A DNA stretch of 64,000 nucleotides, taken from assembly GCA_964590155.1 (NCBI GenBank), contig CAZPWC010000001.1, forward strand, positions 9,651 to 73,650, given 5' to 3'. The stretch's first letter is position 1; every line of letters begins with the position of its first letter. The DNA comes from an uncultured archaeon. Lineage in GTDB: Archaea; Iainarchaeota; Iainarchaeia; Iainarchaeales; JAAZKV01. Shown here piece after piece: positions 27,396-37,152 of the stretch. The translations under genes and the position numbers were made by a program. Below the pieces are notes generated by a model, which saw nothing but the letters and a program-made list of their open reading frames with translations, did no database searches and was not told the DNA's origin.

Positions 27396-28549
27396 TTGCA
27401 GGCATAATTATAGGAACAATACTTGGAATAATCGCAGGACTAATGCCAGGACTACACACAAATAACATAGCTCTAATGCTTATACTTCTGCCAATCGCTG
27501 ATGAAGAGCTTGTTACAATTATCTTAACACTTGCAATAGTGCAAACTTTTGTCGAATTCATTCCAGCAACTTTTCTTGGCGCACCCACAGCAAACACCTT
27601 TGAGGGAGTGCTTCCCGCACACAAAATGTTTTTGGAAGGAAAAGCCCTTGAAGCAATAATGCTATCAATTTACGGGGGGATAATAGGAACTGTATTAAGT
27701 GTTTTTTTAGCGCCACTATTTTTTTTATTTATAGAAAAAAACTCAAAAGAAATAATTCTTGTAACCCCGTTAATATTAATATTCGCGATAATAATTATGG
27801 TAAATAGTGAAAATACCGCCAGAAAGAAAGTTATTGCATTACTAATTGTTATTGGAGCGGCAACACAAGGAATGTTTTTTAAGGATCAATTATTTCCACT
27901 AATAACAGGATATTTTGGATTAGCTACTTTGCTTTATTCTTTGAAAGAAAAAAACAAATATGTCAAGCAAGAAGAAAAGATAAATGTTAAATGTAATTAC
28001 TTACAAACAGGGATAGGCGCTTTTGGGGGAACGATAGTAGCTTTAATGCCTGGAATAGGAACTAATACCGCGGCGGGAATAATAAGAACATTTCAAAACA
28101 AAATTAACGGGAAAGATTATTTATCAATGATAGGAGCCATAAATATTTCAAATTTCTTTTTTGGATACGCTGCACTATTTGCATTAGGAAAAACAAGAAA
28201 CGGGGCAATGGTTGCAATGCAAAACAAAATTATGACAACCCAAGAACAGTTAATCTTTGGAATAATAATAATGATTATTGCTACAGGAATTGGAGCAATA
28301 TCAACAATAATCCTATCAAAAAAAGCAATTCACCTTTTCAATGAAAAAAGAACAATAACACTCACAAAAATAAGCATAATGATAATGATTCTTCTTGTAG
28401 GACTATTCAACGGAGCGACAGGAATAATTTGCCTTGTTTTCTCAACTTCCTTAGGATTAATAACAAACACACAAAAAGTGAAAAGAAGCCTTTGCATGTC
28501 AGCGCTAATCGTACCAACCCTGTTTTTCTATCTATTCATCCTGATTTAA
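27392..28549 (+). CDS. TctA/DUF112-family membrane protein
   Basis: GLMPGLHTN, FIPATFLGAP, VLPAHKMFLEGK, second repeat ALMPGIG. Confidence 0.85.
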   Translation: MIAGIIIGTILGIIAGLMPGLHTNNIALMLILLPIADEELVTIILTLAIVQTFVEFIPATFLGAPTANTFEGVLPAHKMFLEGKALEAIMLSIYGGIIGTVLSVFLAPLFFLFIEKNSKEIILVTPLILIFAIIIMVNSENTARKKVIALLIVIGAATQGMFFKDQLFPLITGYFGLATLLYSLKEKNKYVKQEEKINVKCNYLQTGIGAFGGTIVALMPGIGTNTAAGIIRTFQNKINGKDYLSMIGAINISNFFFGYAALFALGKTRNGAMVAMQNKIMTTQEQLIFGIIIMIIATGIGAISTIILSKKAIHLFNEKRTITLTKISIMIMILLVGLFNGATGIICLVFSTSLGLITNTQKVKRSLCMSALIVPTLFFYLFILI

Positions 28550-28566
28550 TTTATGTGGACAAACTT

Positions 28567-28929
28567 ATGTGGACAATAAAAAAGATTCTTTTAGAAGAAA
28601 TTTGCATATCGGCAAAAAGATACTACCCTAAAGAATTCCTCTGCTTTCTTGGCGGAAGCAAAAAAGAAAAAAAAGCTGATGAAATAGTTCTTTTGCCAAA
28701 TACAAGCGGAAATGATTATGCAAGCATATTTGATACTGCAATACCAATTGACGACACTATTGTTGGAAGTGTTCACTCACACCCTAACAGTTACGCTTTA
28801 CCAAGCACAGCAGATAAAAAGTTTTTCCAACGATATGAAATAAATGCAATAATTGACGGGAGCTATGCTCCCCAAAAAGTTCGCTTTTTTGATAACAAAG
28901 GAAATGAGGTAAAAGTCGTTATAGAGTAG
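28567..28929 (+). CDS. JAB1/MPN (JAMM) metalloprotease
   Basis: YPKEF...GSVHSHP...PSTADKKFF (E...HxH-x7-S-xx-D). Confidence 0.9.
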   Translation: MWTIKKILLEEICISAKRYYPKEFLCFLGGSKKEKKADEIVLLPNTSGNDYASIFDTAIPIDDTIVGSVHSHPNSYALPSTADKKFFQRYEINAIIDGSYAPQKVRFFDNKGNEVKVVIE

Positions 28930-28979
28930 ATTAAAATCTTTAAGGCAAAATTAAAAAGCAGAAAAACAATTAATTAAAC

Positions 28980-29384
28980 ATGAAAACGGCTTTTAAAAAA
29001 GGGCAAATAAGCATTGACCTCATTATGATAATACTCGTTATTGTTGTTGCGCTTGGCGGATTAACAATGATTACAGCCAGCCTTTCCACAACGCAAGAAA
29101 AAATAAACATACACCAAGAACTTGAAAGAAGTGCGCTAAAAATATCAAACGCAATAATATACGCAAAAACACTTGACGGAACCACTTTTGAAATAATAAT
29201 AAATCTTCCAAAAATAAGGTACAAAAAACTGAGTGGAAATCAACTTGTTAGCGTAACTGAAAATGAAGTAACAATAACAGAAACAATTAGTGGAGAAAAT
29301 ATTACAGTCGTTGAAAAAACAAATAAACCTGATTGGATGCAAGTAACTACAACACAAACACAAGTGGTGATACAAAATGCGTAA
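28980..29384 (+). CDS. minor pilin-like protein
   Basis: KKG/QISIDL plus hydrophobic helix. Confidence 0.82.
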   Translation: MKTAFKKGQISIDLIMIILVIVVALGGLTMITASLSTTQEKINIHQELERSALKISNAIIYAKTLDGTTFEIIINLPKIRYKKLSGNQLVSVTENEVTITETISGENITVVEKTNKPDWMQVTTTQTQVVIQNA

Positions 29385-29871
29385 AGGCCAGATATTTTCC
29401 ATAGATTTTCTTATAGCAATGATAATAGTAGTACTAATCATTGGAACATTTGTTTTAATTGTTGAAAAGAAGAATTTTGATGCACGAGAGAATTTTGAAG
29501 CAACAAAACTAGAACAAAAATTGGGAGCGGCTGTCTTTGCCCTCATCAACACTAATTATTCGTGCGAAGCGGAAGGATCTAAAATCATGTACAGCATCGA
29601 TAAGGAAAAAGTACTGGCTGAAAAAGACACGCTAAAAGAAAAACTTGGAATGATGGATTATAGCCTGCAAATAAAATTAATTGGCACAGGAGAAACAGAA
29701 ATATTAAATGAAGACGAAACAGGACGAAATATTTATGTTATTGATTTTGATATAATGGTTTGCGAAAACAGCAGTGGGATAGATCTTAATGATACTTTTT
29801 ATTGTTCTAACGGAACGTGTGAAAATGGAAATTTGAAGAAAGAAAAACTAATTATTGGGGCGAGGAAATGA
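29377..29871 (+). CDS. minor pilin-like protein
   Basis: RKG/QIFSIDF plus hydrophobic helix. Confidence 0.82.
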   Translation: MRKGQIFSIDFLIAMIIVVLIIGTFVLIVEKKNFDARENFEATKLEQKLGAAVFALINTNYSCEAEGSKIMYSIDKEKVLAEKDTLKEKLGMMDYSLQIKLIGTGETEILNEDETGRNIYVIDFDIMVCENSSGIDLNDTFYCSNGTCENGNLKKEKLIIGARK

Positions 29872-30134
29872 AAAAAGGAGTAATTTTCACAATAGAGGCC
29901 ATAATTGCACTTACGGCAATAATTATTTTGATAGGGGCCCTTGCGAATACCCCTACAGAAAAACTTGAAGACCTCACTAAAACAAAAGTAATAATACAAG
30001 CAGGAACAGCACTAAATTTAGGGGAAAGTTATATACTGCCAGAAAAACAAAATTATTACTGCCTAACAACAATGGATTATGATCTTCAAACTAAAGAATA
30101 CATCCAAAGAAGTGCATGTGGTGGTTTTGAATGA
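29868..30134 (+). CDS. minor pilin-like protein
   Basis: KKG/VIFTIEA plus hydrophobic helix. Confidence 0.78.
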   Translation: MKKGVIFTIEAIIALTAIIILIGALANTPTEKLEDLTKTKVIIQAGTALNLGESYILPEKQNYYCLTTMDYDLQTKEYIQRSACGGFE

Positions 30135-30550
30135 AAGGATTTATTGAAATAATTGTAATAGGGCTTATCGTAACTGGCGCGCTAATTTTGCTTGCAACAA
30201 ATTCTGCAATAGCTGAAGAAAATAATCCCGGGCAAGAAATAGCGGAAACAGCATTTTTCATAAATGCATTTGAAAAAACAATAACAAAATCAGCTACTGA
30301 TTGCATTTGGGAAACTACAGAAGCGCTAAATTTGTGCATTATGCAAAAATCAACAGAAATAATGCAAGAACTAAGTAATGAAAAAATAAACTGCACTGTA
30401 GAAATAACAACAATTGACCTCACTACAGCCCCAAAAAATGCTGAACTTAAATACGCTTGCGAAACAAATAATCTTGATGGAAAAAATACCCAAGTAAGTG
30501 TTTCAAAGCAAATAACGCTAAAAGATATTACTCCCATAGAAAGTCCCTAA
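30131..30550 (+). CDS. pilin-like exported protein
   Basis: KG/FIEIIVIG plus hydrophobic helix; Cys residues. Confidence 0.65.
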   Translation: MKGFIEIIVIGLIVTGALILLATNSAIAEENNPGQEIAETAFFINAFEKTITKSATDCIWETTEALNLCIMQKSTEIMQELSNEKINCTVEITTIDLTTAPKNAELKYACETNNLDGKNTQVSVSKQITLKDITPIESP

Positions 30551-30601
30551 CTTGAGGACGCAAAAGGATGTTTTTTAATAATTCGCAAAGAGGATTCATT
30601 T

Positions 30602-32398
30602 ATGATATCAAAAAAACGAATAGCGGTAATAGAGTACGAAAGCTGCAACCCACAAAAATGCGGGAACTACTTATGCGAAAAAGTGTGTCCCGTAAATAGA
30701 GCTGGGAAAAAGTGCATAATTCATGAAGAAGGACAAAAACCACTAATTTCGGAAGAACAATGCATTGGCTGCGTAATATGCGAAAATAAGTGCCCCTTTG
30801 AAGCAATAAACATAATTAACTTGTCAATAGATCTAAAGGACCCACTGCATTCATTTGGAAAAAATGCTTTTAGAATATACGGATTGCCAACCCCGAAGAA
30901 CAGTTCTGTCGTTGGACTTGTGGGGAGAAACGGAATAGGAAAAACAACAATAATAAAAATACTTTCAGGAAACATTGTGCCCAATTTTGGAGAAGAAAAA
31001 GCAAAAAAACCCGAAGGAAAAACAAATGATGTTTCAGAAAAAACAAGCGCAGAACAAAAAGTAATTAATTATTACAAAGGAAAACAAGAACAGGACTATT
31101 TCAAACAACTTTACGGAGAAGGGATTAAGCTTTCAATAAAACCACAAAACATTGAAGGGATAAACGTTTCTGGAAAAGTAAAGGACCTATTAAAAAAAGT
31201 TGATGAAAAAGGAAAACTTGAAGAAATTGCAAAAGAACTAAATATTGAAAACATACTTGAAAGAGACGCTACACAATTATCTGGAGGAGAATTCCAAAAA
31301 CTTGCTGTGGCCGCAGCAGGACTAAAAGAAGCTGATGTTTACTTTTTTGATGAACCAAGTTCTTTCCTTGACATAAAAGAAAGACTTAGAGTAGCTAAAT
31401 TTATAAAAAAACTTTCTGAAAAAGCAGCCGTGCTAGTTATAGAACACGACTTAATATTAATGGATTTTTTGAGTGATTATGTTCATTTAATGTATGGAAA
31501 ACCAAGAGTTTACGGGACAAGTTCGCAAATAAAAACAACAAGAGAAGGGATAAATGATTACTTGGAAGGATTTTCAAAAGATGAAAATTATAGATTTAGA
31601 GACTATGAAATTAATTTTTATTCTTCAATAAGAACGGAAAGTAAAGGAAAAAGAGACAAACTAGTGCAGTGGCCAGTTATGAGCAAAAAATTAGGGGACT
31701 TTGAAGTAGAAATACAAGAAAATAATATAGTAAAAAATGAAGTTGTTAGTATTGTCGGACCAAATGGAATAGGAAAAACAACTTTTATGAAAATACTTGC
31801 AGGCGAATTAAAACCTGACAACAATGAACTGCAACAAAAAGTGAAGATATCTTACAAACCCCAATACATATCATACACTGGAGAAAAAACTGCGCAAGAA
31901 CTATTTGAAGACACTTACAGTGAAGAAGTAAAACAGAATTTTATAAAACCGCTAGAACTGGAACAATTAATGGAGAAGAAAGTAAAAACTTTTTCAGGAG
32001 GAGAATTACAAAGATTATCAATAGCATTATGCTTGAGCAAAAAAGCTGACCTGTACTTGCTTGATGAACCATCAGCTTATCTTGATGTAGAGCAAAGACT
32101 TGCTGTAGGAAAAGTCATACGAAGCCATGTTGAAGTAAAAAACTGCTCAGCAATAGTAATTGATCATGATTTAACATTTGTTGATTATATAAGTGATAAA
32201 GTAATGGTGTTTGAAGGAGAACCCACAAAACGAGGAAAAAGTTATGGCCCTTTTGATGTTAACGACGGAATGAATAAATTATTGAAGTACTTAGATATTA
32301 CTGTGCGCAGAGACAAAGACACAAAGCGACCAAGAATAAACAAACACGACTCAGTACTTGACAGAGAGCAAAAAAAAGAAAACAAGTATTATGAATAA
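30602..32398 (+). CDS. rli: ribosome recycling ATPase ABCE1/Rli1
   Basis: N-terminal Fe-S Cys clusters, two ABC domains (GRNGIGKT, GPNGIGKT), RPRINK..S.LDREQK. Confidence 0.97.
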   Translation: MISKKRIAVIEYESCNPQKCGNYLCEKVCPVNRAGKKCIIHEEGQKPLISEEQCIGCVICENKCPFEAINIINLSIDLKDPLHSFGKNAFRIYGLPTPKNSSVVGLVGRNGIGKTTIIKILSGNIVPNFGEEKAKKPEGKTNDVSEKTSAEQKVINYYKGKQEQDYFKQLYGEGIKLSIKPQNIEGINVSGKVKDLLKKVDEKGKLEEIAKELNIENILERDATQLSGGEFQKLAVAAAGLKEADVYFFDEPSSFLDIKERLRVAKFIKKLSEKAAVLVIEHDLILMDFLSDYVHLMYGKPRVYGTSSQIKTTREGINDYLEGFSKDENYRFRDYEINFYSSIRTESKGKRDKLVQWPVMSKKLGDFEVEIQENNIVKNEVVSIVGPNGIGKTTFMKILAGELKPDNNELQQKVKISYKPQYISYTGEKTAQELFEDTYSEEVKQNFIKPLELEQLMEKKVKTFSGGELQRLSIALCLSKKADLYLLDEPSAYLDVEQRLAVGKVIRSHVEVKNCSAIVIDHDLTFVDYISDKVMVFEGEPTKRGKSYGPFDVNDGMNKLLKYLDITVRRDKDTKRPRINKHDSVLDREQKKENKYYE

Positions 32399-32425
32399 AT
32401 AAAAAATTGTAAAAAGGCGAGAAAA

Positions 32426-33460
32426 ATGAAGATATTAAAGATTGATAAAAGATTGAATGAGATTGCGCTCATTCCTGAGAATATTGATGATTTGTGGCAC
32501 TTAGAAAAGATAATCGAAAAAGGCGACATAGTCCACGGAAAAACTGATAGAAAAATAAAGCCAAAAACTGAAGGAGAAAAAGCGCAAAGGATAACTCTAT
32601 TTATTGAACTTGAAGTTGAAGAAGCCCACTTTCAAGAATTCAGCGCCAACTTAAGAATAAGCGGAATCATACTTTCAGGAAAACCTGAAGAATTTATTGA
32701 ACTAAAAAGCCACCAAAGTATTGACATAAGCGCCGGAGAAAGAATAAAAATAAAGAAAAATGAGATAAAACAATGGCAAATTGATAGAATTAAAAAGGCA
32801 GAAAAAGAAAGCTCTGCGGCGGGACTACTTGTTGTTTTGTTAGATGACGAACAAGCTGACTTGGCTTTTGTCAACCAATTTTCTGTAATAAAAAAAGCAA
32901 CAATAAAAGCAAATAGAAGAGGAAAACGTTACACTGAAGAAAAAAGTGATTATTTTGATAACATACTAGATAAAACAACACAATTGGCACCCAAAAAAAT
33001 ATTGATTGCAGGACCGGGATTTACAAAAGAAAACTTCAAGAAGTTTTATGAAGAAAAAAAACAAAAAGGAATGCCAACAGCGCTAATTGAAACAACAAGC
33101 GAAATAAACGAAACAGGATTTAAAGAGCTAATTTCACAAGGAAAATTATCTTCACTTGAAAAAGAACTACAAATAACGCAAGAAAGCAAACTCATAGAAA
33201 GCTTTTTAGCTGCGCTATCAAAAGGAAAAGCGGATTATGGAAAAGATAAGATAGTAGAAGAAATAAACTCGGGGGCTGTTGATAAAATACTCATAAGCGA
33301 AACAACACTAATGCAGGAAAGAAAAGAAACAGAAAAAATAATGGACCTTGCAGAAAAAACTGGTTGCGAGACACACGTTATCTCTTCAAAAAACCCACAA
33401 GAAAAAGTAATTCACAACTTCGGCGGGATAGTGGCAATGCTGCGATACAAAGTTGAATAG
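32426..33460 (+). CDS. pelA: mRNA surveillance protein pelota
   Basis: PENIDDLWHL, IAGPGFTK, FGGIVAMLRY. Confidence 0.95.
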   Translation: MKILKIDKRLNEIALIPENIDDLWHLEKIIEKGDIVHGKTDRKIKPKTEGEKAQRITLFIELEVEEAHFQEFSANLRISGIILSGKPEEFIELKSHQSIDISAGERIKIKKNEIKQWQIDRIKKAEKESSAAGLLVVLLDDEQADLAFVNQFSVIKKATIKANRRGKRYTEEKSDYFDNILDKTTQLAPKKILIAGPGFTKENFKKFYEEKKQKGMPTALIETTSEINETGFKELISQGKLSSLEKELQITQESKLIESFLAALSKGKADYGKDKIVEEINSGAVDKILISETTLMQERKETEKIMDLAEKTGCETHVISSKNPQEKVIHNFGGIVAMLRYKVE

Positions 33461-33480
33461 AAAAATAATAATTTTGAGGA

Positions 33481-33537
33481 TTGTTAATACTCTTAAGAAT
33501 GGTTAATACTTTTGAGAGTTGTTAATACTTTTAAAAA
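33481..33537. repeat. 3 x 19-bp tandem repeat
   Basis: ttgttaatactcttaagaa / tggttaatacttttgagag / ttgttaatacttttaaaaa. Confidence 0.85.
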
Positions 33538-33897
33538 TTATTCAGCCCTTAACTCAAACCATTCCACTTTCTTTTTTTCAATTAATTCACGAACCTTTTT
33601 TTGAGCTTCATTTAAATGACTCTTATTTGTCTTAAACTCCACAAAAACAATTTTTTCATCCTCAAAAGAAATTCCGTCAATTGGTTTTCCAATAAAACGA
33701 AAATTTTGTGAATTATAAGGAAACTTTTTTGAAAAAGGAATCCATTGTTCTGTGAGCTGACCATATTTAACACTCTGAGAAGCTTTTGAAAAACGCAAAT
33801 CCTCAAAAGCTTTTTCCAAAGAAAACATCTTTTTTGCAATTAAAAAGATAATAATAATTAGAAGAATAATCACAATTGATAAAACTAATTCAAGCAT
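33538..33897 (-). CDS. membrane-anchored Holliday-junction-resolvase-like PD-(D/E)XK nuclease (Endonuc_Holl type)
   Basis: N-terminal TM; GQLTEQWIPF, FRFIGKPIDGISF, FVEFKT. Confidence 0.85.
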   Translation of the reverse strand: MLELVLSIVIILLIIIIFLIAKKMFSLEKAFEDLRFSKASQSVKYGQLTEQWIPFSKKFPYNSQNFRFIGKPIDGISFEDEKIVFVEFKTNKSHLNEAQKKVRELIEKKKVEWFELRAE

Positions 33898-33951
33898 AAA
33901 CCACTAATCAAAAACAAGTACTTAAACCTTACATAAGCGAAGTGCCAACAG

Positions 33952-35535
33952 CTAAATCTTTTTTGAAACAAAAGGCTCATCTGTTTTGTAACCAAAATTC
34001 TTTCTATAATACTCACGCACACCAAGACCAGAAATAACTGCAATTTTATTTGCATCAAACCTCTCTTTTGCTATCCTTTCAGCTTCCTGCATCAATTCTT
34101 TTCCAAACCCTCTATGCTGGGTGCTAAGAGAATCTTTTCCGCCAAGAGAAAGAGCTTTACCATAAACATGCAACTCGCGAATTAGAGCAGTACGTGAAGA
34201 AATGTTTTTTAGGAAAGGATTTGCAGGGTTACGCAAACGAACAAAACCAAATAAAGAATCTTCTGATTCAAGAGAAATAAATGCTTCTTCCCCTTTAGAA
34301 GCTTCATAAAATTCACTATGCATTTTTGCTTTAGAAAAGTCAATTTCTTTTGAACGAGATTGCAAACCCGCTTCTCTACACCTAATACAATTACACTTCA
34401 AACCGTGTTTTTCCATACTTGCTTGAACTGTTTGGCGAAGATTTGTTTTAGTTATTCCTGCAGAAATAATATCCCCAGGAATATCTCTATTAACGCGCAT
34501 AATTCGAACCCACTTAGGCACAACTGATTTTACTTCCAAAAGAACTTTCACTGCCTGCTTTTCTGTTATTGGAACAAAATTACCTTTTTTCCAATCATCA
34601 TAAAGAGGAGAATTTTTCATCACAAGACAAGGGTAAAACTTGACCATGTCCGGCTTAAAGGAAGAATCAGAAAAAATCTTCTTAAAATTTTTTATATCTT
34701 TTCTTGGATTGCTTCCAGGCAAACCCGGCATTAAGTGGTATAAGACCTTCAAAGCAGAATCCTTTAGTTTTTCAGTCGAGCGAGCAACATCCAAAACAGA
34801 GTGACCGCGCTTGATTATTTTATAAATTTCATCATCAGGATTTTGAACACCCAACTCAACTCGTGTCCCGCCTAAATAAAGCATTCTTCGAACTGCCTCT
34901 TTTGAACACAAATCTGGACGCGTCTCAAAAGTAATTCCAACAATTCGTCTCTTTGATACTTCAGCAACTTTTTTTGACTTACTAAATGAAGAAGAATTTT
35001 TTTCATTAACAGCATCAATTGCCAATTTAACTATGCGCTCCTGCTCACTTTCTTTTAATGCAGTAAAAGAACTTCCCTGGAAAATTAACTCAATCTTCTC
35101 AGCTTTATGACCAGTAAGATCAAGTTGAGCGATTCTATTTGAAACAATTTTGAAAGGATCATAATTCAATCTTTGAGCACGCAAAGTTGAAGGCTCAAAA
35201 CCAGTGTATGATTTTGGGGCAATCTTTCCTTCAAAAGAGGAAGGACAATAAGTACATTCCCCAGGACAAGGAAAAGGGGGCAGCATGACCGCAACAACTT
35301 GAACACCCGAAAGACTTCTTGTCGGCTTAATTGACAATAACTCAACCATCTTTTTTGAGGGCTTTTTTGTGCAAGACAAAACAAAAGGGTGCGAAGGCAT
35401 CTCTGCGAGGCGAAAGTGCTTGCTCCAAAAAAAAGAACGCTCATCAAGATCCTTATGAGAAACTATTTTTTTGGAACGAATCTCTAAAAGAATTCTTTTT
35501 GCAAACTTAGTGTATAATGGTTCGATCGAAGACAT
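33952..35535 (-). CDS. elp3: Elp3 tRNA U34 carboxymethyltransferase (radical SAM + GNAT)
   Basis: RSLSGV, CPGECTYCP, PKSYTG, ETRPD, RELHVYG, QHRGFG, ISGLGVREYY. Confidence 0.96.
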   Translation of the reverse strand: MSSIEPLYTKFAKRILLEIRSKKIVSHKDLDERSFFWSKHFRLAEMPSHPFVLSCTKKPSKKMVELLSIKPTRSLSGVQVVAVMLPPFPCPGECTYCPSSFEGKIAPKSYTGFEPSTLRAQRLNYDPFKIVSNRIAQLDLTGHKAEKIELIFQGSSFTALKESEQERIVKLAIDAVNEKNSSSFSKSKKVAEVSKRRIVGITFETRPDLCSKEAVRRMLYLGGTRVELGVQNPDDEIYKIIKRGHSVLDVARSTEKLKDSALKVLYHLMPGLPGSNPRKDIKNFKKIFSDSSFKPDMVKFYPCLVMKNSPLYDDWKKGNFVPITEKQAVKVLLEVKSVVPKWVRIMRVNRDIPGDIISAGITKTNLRQTVQASMEKHGLKCNCIRCREAGLQSRSKEIDFSKAKMHSEFYEASKGEEAFISLESEDSLFGFVRLRNPANPFLKNISSRTALIRELHVYGKALSLGGKDSLSTQHRGFGKELMQEAERIAKERFDANKIAVISGLGVREYYRKNFGYKTDEPFVSKKI

Positions 35536-35544
35536 AAGAATTAA

Positions 35545-36327
35545 TTAAAAGAAAAAGCTGAAAAACCCGCTTATCAGATAATTTGGAATCAAAGAAAAAG
35601 AATAAAAAGGCAAACCAAAAAACACTGATTCTAATTTTCCTTTAATACTAGGCAGGGCATTAACTTTCAAAGAAGCTGTTTTTGATTCACCCGAACTTCC
35701 AAAAACAATAGTTGAATTAAATACTTTTTCGCCCTGAACGCGAGGAATAATACTAAAGTAAAAAGTCTTTGTTGAACGCTTAGGCACAATTACAGAAACA
35801 TCTTTAAATTCAGAAACAAACTCATTCGTTTTCCAATACCAAGGCAGTTGAGGAACAATGCTAAAAGATTCATTTGAATAAGAATTATTCACCAAAGTAA
35901 CTTTGTAAGAAGACTCTTTACCAACTTCTGAAGAAGAGGAATAATTATCAAAAGAAGCATCCATTAACCCTTTTTGCACAGAAAAATAAACTGAAACGTT
36001 CTCATCTAACAAAGGACCTGAAAGCTGTAATGACAAGGGATAATCTGTTAGTGAAACTGTTTTAGGAACCTTAATAAAAACTTTAAATGATTCTTGCTCG
36101 TTCTTTAAAGAAATTTCAAAACTTGCTGGAAGTTCTGATAAAATATTCAAAGAATCAAATTTATCAAAATCTTTTGTAATAATTAACTCAAGAGTTGAAC
36201 CTGGACTAACTGCCCCCACAAAATCATTATCCACAAGCTCTTTGTTAATTGGGTCAACCAGACGAACGGAAAACGCGGTCTGAAGCAAAAGCAAAACTAA
36301 CAACAAAGACAACGCTTTTTTAAACAT
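35545..36327 (-). CDS. exported, C-terminally anchored hypothetical protein
   Basis: Signal peptide, beta-rich body, hydrophobic C-terminus. Confidence 0.7.
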   Translation of the reverse strand: MFKKALSLLLVLLLLQTAFSVRLVDPINKELVDNDFVGAVSPGSTLELIITKDFDKFDSLNILSELPASFEISLKNEQESFKVFIKVPKTVSLTDYPLSLQLSGPLLDENVSVYFSVQKGLMDASFDNYSSSSEVGKESSYKVTLVNNSYSNESFSIVPQLPWYWKTNEFVSEFKDVSVIVPKRSTKTFYFSIIPRVQGEKVFNSTIVFGSSGESKTASLKVNALPSIKGKLESVFFGLPFYSFSLIPNYLISGFFSFFF

Positions 36328-36398
36328 ACTAATTCAAACTAAATAGGTAGCAGAACAAATAAAAAGGTTGTTTTAAGCAAGAAAATAAATGTAAAGGA

Positions 36399-37025
36399 AT
36401 GAATTTTATGGACAAAAAAACCACAAAAACAAGGCAAAGTGAGGAACAAACAAGGTTTAACATGACAAAAACACACCACAAAGAAACTTTCTTAAAAGCA
36501 AAAAAAGACGGAAAAGTGGACAAAGATTTTATTCCCTTCTGTGAATATATACTAAAAACAAAAAACTACTTTACCAGTAGCTGTTGCGCAGGAAGAATCT
36601 CACTAGTTGGACTAAATGAAAACGAAGAAAAAAAAGAAAGCGCATTTCATAGAAAATGGCACAGAAAGGTAACTTATAACGAAATAAAAGAAGGAGTGCA
36701 ATCATACAACGGGCACATCTTGTGGTTTAAGCAAGAACCTCTAATATTACACTTAGGAACAAACACATTAGAAAACGCAAAAAAAATATTAGAAGTGTGC
36801 GAAAAGGCAGGAGTTAAAAGAGCAGGAATAAAAGTTGCAAAAAAAGGAAAACTAATTTTGGAAATACTAGGTACCCACAACATCAATGCGCCAATAAAAG
36901 AAAACAAATTTTGTGTAGAAGAAAAATACTTAAAATACTTGGTAAAAAAAGCTAATGAAAAGTTTGAGAAAAACCAAGAAATGCTAAAAAAACTTGAAAA
37001 ACAAGTAAAAAAAGAATTGAAATAA
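36399..37025 (+). CDS. taw3: tRNA wyosine-derivative methyltransferase Taw3/TYW3
   Basis: YFTSSCCAGRI, KWH, EPLILH. Confidence 0.9.
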   Translation: MNFMDKKTTKTRQSEEQTRFNMTKTHHKETFLKAKKDGKVDKDFIPFCEYILKTKNYFTSSCCAGRISLVGLNENEEKKESAFHRKWHRKVTYNEIKEGVQSYNGHILWFKQEPLILHLGTNTLENAKKILEVCEKAGVKRAGIKVAKKGKLILEILGTHNINAPIKENKFCVEEKYLKYLVKKANEKFEKNQEMLKKLEKQVKKELK

Positions 37026-37145
37026 TTTTTAGAAAAACTAATTTAGAAATTCTTTTTTAGAAAATGAATTCACAAAATGGACTTGAAAAATAAATTTGAA
37101 AAATTAACTTAGAAAATTAATTCATAAAAATGAATTTGAAAAAGC
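37026..37145. repeat. degenerate ~13-14-bp tandem repeats between convergent genes
   Basis: Recurrent aattt(a/g)gaaaa-like units. Confidence 0.5.
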
Positions 37146-37152
37146 ATTCCTT

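Noticed and set aside
33481..33537. CRISPR array
   Set aside because: Repeats are contiguous 19-mers with no spacers, and no cas genes are present in the window.
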